In this document: positions 63,447-64,000 of the stretch, piece by piece
How positions within the stretch are numbered: the stretch's first letter is position 1
How the letters are laid out: every line of letters begins with the position of its first letter
Assembly (NCBI GenBank): GCA_965214705.1
Contig: CBDCCI010000001.1
Span: forward strand, 1 to 64,000
Direction of reading: 5' to 3'
Length of the DNA: 64,000 nt
DNA from: Alphaproteobacteria bacterium
GTDB taxonomy: Bacteria > Pseudomonadota > Alphaproteobacteria > UBA828
Notes under the pieces: model-generated
The model's input: the letters and a program-made list of their open reading frames with translations, nothing else
The model's database searches: none
What the model was told of the DNA's origin: nothing
Position numbers and translations under genes: made by a program

Positions 63447-63765
63447 TCACGATGGCAAGGGCGACTCCTTGGGGTGCTCGTCCTCTAACTCCGCCTCGTC
63501 CTCGGTCGCGTCGTCCTCGGTCTGCTGAGGCGGTTGCGCGGCCAGCGTGACGATCATTTCGGTGAACACGCCGACTTCGGACTCCACCCTGATTTCGCCG
63601 CCGTGCTGGCGGACGATATCGCTTGAGAGCGCGAGGCCCAGGCCGGTGCCCTGGTCCGGCGGCTTGGTCGTGAAGAAAGGGTTGAAGATGTCGTCGATGA
63701 TTTCGGGTGGGATCCCGCTCCCGTTGTCTCTGATCCGGATTTCGACCCCTTCTTCGGATCGCCGG
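63447..63765 (-). pseudogene. Histidine kinase HATPase C-terminus, cut by foreign sequence
   Basis: IRDNGSGI...IFNPFFTTK...GTGLGL; similarity ends near 63765. Confidence 0.8.
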
Positions 63766-64000
63766 GGTGTAGGTCTGGCATGGCGATCGTAAGTCATTGA
63801 TTTAGCGCGATTGGCGGGTGGCCGTAGGCAGCCAGAATCGGGTTTTCGTGACAATCGGCCGGTGCAGGGCCGGATTTTGTCACAACGGCGGCATCCAGCA
63901 GTGGTGGGTGGGAACGCTCCGCACCGCGAGATGCGGTAGGATGCCGCGCCGACAACCCAACATCAGACCCAACATCAGGAGCGTTCCCATGCCAGTGTCG
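63766..64000 (+). mobile_element. Probable IS left end with an ORF starting at 63989
   Basis: Abrupt kinase breakpoint, TAAGTCATTGATTT motif, GGAG RBS + ATG; family not identifiable. Confidence 0.4.

Overview
High-GC alphaproteobacterial-looking DNA in three zones. (1) 1-35.4 kb is a mobile/defence island. It has a duplicated two-gene module (Cys-rich Zn-ribbon protein plus a 106-aa protein), a DUF6361-PLD-helicase defence operon (Azaca-like) with two of its three genes split by insertions, an AddAB-like pair, a truncated IS21, a four-gene large-serine-recombinase element abutting a 5'-truncated group II intron that sits in ssb, nested toxin-antitoxin modules, a secreted CNPC-repeat peptide and tandem tyrosine integrases. 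(2) 35.4-48.8 kb is core chromosome: porin, sulfotransferase, OMP, metF, recR-ybaB-dnaX-ffs, isochorismatase, prmA-like, pepP and a glycosyltransferase. (3) 48.8-64 kb is a kinase/binding-protein/HAMP/MFS operon in which every gene is broken by an IS, some of them nested. The main leads are: a two-copy tyrosine-recombinase + IS91-like HUH element whose joined ends fold into a 33-bp bulged hairpin; a serine-recombinase element whose circularisation would create the start codon of its DUF5372 gene; an IS1111-type element with readable bridge/seekRNA guides aimed at the IS91-like transposase; and an IS66 carrying a DNA adenine methyltransferase. All family assignments come from motif recognition by eye, not from database searches.
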